A stretch of DNA of 64,000 bases from Azolla caroliniana. Taxonomy: Eukaryota; Plantae; Polypodiophyta. This document shows, one piece after another, positions 59,301 through 64,000 of this stretch. A model generated the notes under the pieces. That model saw nothing but the letters and a program-made list of their open reading frames with translations, searched no databases and had not been told where the DNA came from. Position numbers and translations under genes: made by a program. The first letter of the stretch is position 1. The number at the start of each line of letters is the position of its first letter. The stretch lies in contig JBHGNT010000009.1 of assembly GCA_043228905.1 (NCBI GenBank), positions 8,804,001 to 8,868,000 on the forward strand. The letters are read 5' to 3'.

Positions 59301-62166
59301 AGCATTTGGACAATGCAAACCTTTGAGGGATTTGGCTAATTTGGTTAGTATATATCCATGGACATTCAATCCACTTCAAAGGTATTTCAGAAACAAAGAT
59401 TTCTGACGTTTGATGTAAAACATTTGTGGGAAAATGGTCTATCTTTCAGACTTTGATTATGGGTAACAGAGATGATATCGATGAAATGTCCGGAAGCAGT
59501 GGTACAGTTCTTACTACTGTACTGAAGCTTATTGATAGGTACGATCTATATGGACAAGTAGCATATCCAAAGCATCATAAGCAATTGGATGTTCCTGATG
59601 TCTACCGGCTTGTGGCAAGAACAAAGGTTTCTTTTGCAGAAATTTAAAATATCATTTATGTCATCCTCCCATTCAAATCATGTATATAGGTATGCCATGT
59701 TTTTAAAAAACATTATGATAACCGGTTTCCACTTTTTCTTGTAAGCAGGGTGTCTTCATAAATCCTGCATTGGTTGAACCATTTGGTCTAACACTCATAG
59801 AGGTAATCGGAGAAAATACATCCTATTCTGTTAGTTTCTCATAATTTATTTTGTTAAAATGACCTAATATATTGGTAGACAATAGATATACACAAGTTCC
59901 TAGAGAGAACATCTCGTCTTCTTTTATTAAGTGACAACTCGAACATGTTTTCACAGGCTGCTGCCCATGGTGTACCAATAGTTGCGACTAAAAATGGAGG
60001 CCCTGTTGACATCCACAAGGTAAATTGTTAAGAAAAAACAATTTTCATTTGATAGTTTTCCTTCCTTGAGTCTTAAGCCTGTGGCATGTTGGTTTAAAGG
60101 AAATGGAAGGATGAGAAGTTTTTCAAAAATTACTAGAATACTCTTTTTGTGCAAATTTTGACTCTGCTATAAGGAGATTTAGATTGTTTGCCCTTATGCA
60201 TGCAGGCTCTTAACAATGGGTTATTGGTTGATCCACATGATGAGAAAAGTATATCAGATGCATTACTGAAGCTTGTATCCGACAGGAACTTATGGACGGA
60301 ATGCCGACGAAATGGGCTAAAAAATATACACCTGTATTCATGGCCACAACATTGTTTGAACTACCTTGCAAGAATCGCACTCTGTAGGATGAGACATCCT
60401 CAATGGCAAGATGATACACACATAAATGGCCAGTTAGATCAGGAGTTAAGGTGTGATTCTTTGATCGATGCTTCTGACATTTCATTGCGCCTGTCATTGG
60501 ATGACAAACTTGGAGTAAATGGATCATTGGAGTTGATTCATAAGGAAGAACAGAATGGAGATTCCCCAAGTGACTTTAAAAATCTTAGAGGTTCAGACTT
60601 CAAACACAAGCTTGAAAAAGTAAGGAGAGAAGCTATGCCAGAGGATAACAATTCTCACAAGTTTTTATCTGCCTCTAGCAATGGGGGCATGGTAACAAAA
60701 ATGCCTCTTCTAAGAAGGAAGAATGCATTCGTGGTAATAGCAGTTGATGCATATGAGACATGTGGAAATCCTGGCGAAAAACTAGCAAAAATAATTCAAA
60801 AAACCATTAATGCCACAAGAACAGGTCTCTTTTCACATTCACCGGGCTACATCTTGTCAACTGCCCTATCACTGAGAGAAACTGTGGATGTGCTACGATT
60901 AAGTGAAGCTGAAAATGAGTTTGATGCATTAATATGCCACAGTGGAAGTGAACTCTATTACCGAGCACACATGTATACAGGTACATCGCAGTTGTTTCCA
61001 GATAATGATTATGCCACACATATTGAGTATAGGTGGGGCGGAGAAGGTCTGAAGAGAACTCTGGCGAGATTGCTCAACATTGAAGAATCCGGTGTGAGCG
61101 GAAACAAGCAAGATTGTAGCTTTATCGAGGATAGAGAGAACTCGAATTCATATTGCCTTGCTTATCAAGTCAAAGATTCAACCAAAGTAAATTATAATCC
61201 TAGTCTTTGTTATGCTAGTTTTACCTCAATTCATTGCATAAGGACTCATTCCAAGTATGTGTTGTGTTGTGAACAGGCTCCAACAGTTGAAGAGCTTCGC
61301 AAAAAACTGAGAATGCGAGGATTACGATGCCATGTGATGTACTGCCAGAAGAGATCAAAGCTCCATGTTCTGCCATTACTAGCATCAAGAGCACAAGCAC
61401 TCAGGTAGGACATATATGTAAATAGATATGCATATGCCATAAAATTATAACCAGCATATTTGATTCACATCTCTTTTTGTAACACTATCCCTTAATGGTA
61501 AAACATCAAATCTCCATGTTCTGCAATGCATCAAAAGTTTGGGTACTCAGCGGACCATTTATGATTGTTGTAGCAAAAGAAATAGTGTGGCAAACACCGA
61601 ATTAGAACATAAATATAATAAGAAACATGAGTTGCATACCAAATGTTCCCTCGCACATACAAATGCATAACTAGCTACCATCATTTACATACGTGACTAC
61701 TTATACATATACATACAAATATGTTGTGATATATATACATATTCATAGATTGCAACATGCATGTAGATGCCATCTACATACATGTATATTTTGTAGATGT
61801 TGTAACATATCCTGTTCTACCTTCATTATTGAAAATTCTAGGTTAACATAGAGATGACAAATGGTTCTTATTTCTTCCTCCTTCCCTATTTGAAGGTATT
61901 TATTTGTGCGCTGGGGAGCTGATCTGAGCAACATGTACGTGTTTGTGGGGGAGACAGGGGATACAGATTATGAAGAGCTATTGTCAGGTGTGCATAAGAC
62001 AGTTATATTGGAAGGTTCGGTTGAAGACGGTTGTGACAATCTATTGCGGGGTGGCTACACTTACCACCGAGAGGATGTGGTACCACTAGAGAGCCCACAC
62101 ATTGTCAGAACAAGTAGTGAAGTCTCATTAGAAGGTGCTCTTCAGCACTTGGTGGTGGTTACATGA
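56354..62166 (+). CDS. SPS: Sucrose-phosphate synthase, 13 exons (~1069 aa): 56354-56554, 56763-56852, 57568-57779, 57930-57993, 58185-58892, 58987-59115, 59212-59343, 59450-59626, 59749-59802, 59957-60019, 60206-61186, 61277-61404, 61896-62166
   Basis: [63 protein letters not shown] and a C-terminal SPP-like domain; all introns GT-AG with consistent phase. Confidence 0.96.
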
Positions 62167-64000
62167 GACACCCAATAAGAAGAGGAAGGTATATGTATAT
62201 ATGTATGTATGTATGTATGCATGTATACTTGCCATTCATGAATGTGTATATAATATATGTATGTATACATATACATATGTATGCGTGTATATATGTATAT
62301 GTTTGTGTGTGTGCGCGTGCTCTTTTTTCATCAAAACCCAAATTAGAGGGAGGGTACCCTAATTCACAATTTCACAATTTTGATGGGAGGGGTGCATAAT
62401 AGTCAACCCCATTCATAGTGAAACAATAAAGATTCTTTCAATTTAAATTATATGCATTTAGCTATATATAAATCTAAGGAGGATTTGAGCTACAAAGAGG
62501 ATAGCATCAAGCCACATATAGGATTCTAGCATAATAGGTTTGAATCTGGCAAATTATGGTGATTTTGTGACACCTCGTCGGCAAGTTATGCATCTTTGCT
62601 TGGTGCTCGTCTCCTTTTGACAAACCCCATATACATTTTCCCTTCTAATCTCTTCTCTTTTAGAATGATAATGAAAACTCTTGATTTTTACATTTTCCCT
62701 TGGTTTCATTGTGGACGATACTTTTTAGTTTTGTAATTTTTGTATATTCACAATGGACTCAAGTGAAAGCTCAATCTACTCATTTTGTAATTTAGTCAAT
62801 TCTCTCTTGATACATACACTAACTAAGCACATGATAGATGGTAAAGAGCTACCATAAGGATGATGATCGTATTCACGGAATAAATATGTGGATATTCAAG
62901 AGTTAGCATAAAGTTGATGGTGTGAGGATGAGTGGTTTGTGTTTAGGAGGTAGACTACATAGGGGTGATGTGATGAGTATGTAACCCTAAACCCTCAACA
63001 AAAGCAAAAAAACAATAATATAGATTTTTTGCTTTTGTTTTTTCTTTTCATTTAGGAAATGATGTTTTGAGTTTGTTGTATGAAATCCCAATGTTATTTA
63101 GCCTCCACTTTAATGAAGAAGTGATTCATGTTTTGATGCATTGACATTCGAGTTTCTAACCTAAGACCAAACTTATCTACGATTCTTTTAACCTGTTGAG
63201 GGTTCGAATCCCATTTTCTCTTCTCTGAATAACAAGAGTGACACAAGTTGCTGTCTGCTGCTCTTGCCAACCAACCCATTTCGTGAAATTCCCCTCTAGC
63301 TCAAGAAACAAGGTCATAGCCAAGCGGCACTCAAGCAGAATAACATAATACTTCAGGATGAAACTCTTTTTTGAATTTCATGTATTTGCACATCATATGA
63401 TCAAGTCACAATAATAGCATCATCAATTCACAAGTAAAAAACAAATTTCACACTTTCCTTTCATCCATTCTCTCACCCTAGCATTGAGCTATTTTTTGCA
63501 AAGCTTGCCTCCACCAGATCCCCCACAATATCTGTAGTAGATTTTGTCGACAAAGGTCCGAGTCTGTCAAATTATGGTGATTTTGCAACACCTCCGCCAG
63601 ATCCCCCACAATATCTGTAGTAGATTTTGCAAGTTTAGTCTGGGTCAGAGTGGTTGGAAGAGATACGTAAAGAGTTGTAACAGTACTCTAGTGAATGTAG
63701 AGATTTCAGGGTTCCCCTACTCCTGATGGTGCCTAAGGAGGCCAGCATGACCAGCCAGTAGCTCAAAAGATAAGGCCATGTCCTTGATTATTGCATAGTC
63801 TGAGCCTACTTTGTAACCAAAGCATCGATTCCCTTATTGAGAAAGGTAACCTTGAGCCTGAGAGGTTTCTGGTTTCATGAACCATGAAATTTGCAAATTG
63901 CTTCATGGCTCAAGCTTCATAGCTCAATATAGAATCACAATTGTTCATGCTATTCACAAAAATTACATAACAAGCTGGCACAGTTCGATGCTACTTTCAA

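Noticed and set aside
60188-61408. 406-aa single ORF as a separate gene
   Set aside because: It is SPS exons 11-12 read through an in-frame intron.
63198-63212. Isolated B box GGTTCGAATCC
   Set aside because: No A box at the proper distance and no tRNA fold.
63514-63629. Short local direct duplications (also 20125-20260, 24454-24609, 25318-25480)
   Set aside because: Two-copy duplications typical of slippage or repair in intergenic DNA; no further structure.

Overview
Nuclear DNA of a land plant, most likely a non-flowering one: it carries a plastid chlB fragment, and chlB is absent from angiosperm plastomes. About two-thirds of the window is nested retrotransposon DNA. This includes four members of one tRNA-Trp-primed, non-chromovirus Ty3/Gypsy group (1-10715 on +, plus a young intact element at 44535-51880 on - with a 4-bp ACGT TSD), one full-length decayed Ty1/Copia element (27628-33130, TATAA TSD), further Copia remnants, a solo LTR, and RTE/RTEX-like and L1 LINE fragments. 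There are two host genes: a single-exon MASS/At1g80180-like gene (22112-22810) and a 13-exon sucrose-phosphate synthase (56354-62166). The most striking pattern is a shared cis toolkit in the Gypsy group. All five LTR copies (four distinct LTR sequences) carry an antisense tRNA-like A-box/B-box cassette with invariant spacing. Both gag/pol junctions carry a -1 frameshift heptamer plus a predicted H-type pseudoknot, placed after the protease. All four elements carry a covarying hairpin just before the PPT. One LTR has also captured plastid chlB DNA and is shared between an autonomous-type element and a Gag-only element. All calls come from manual reading; no database search was run.
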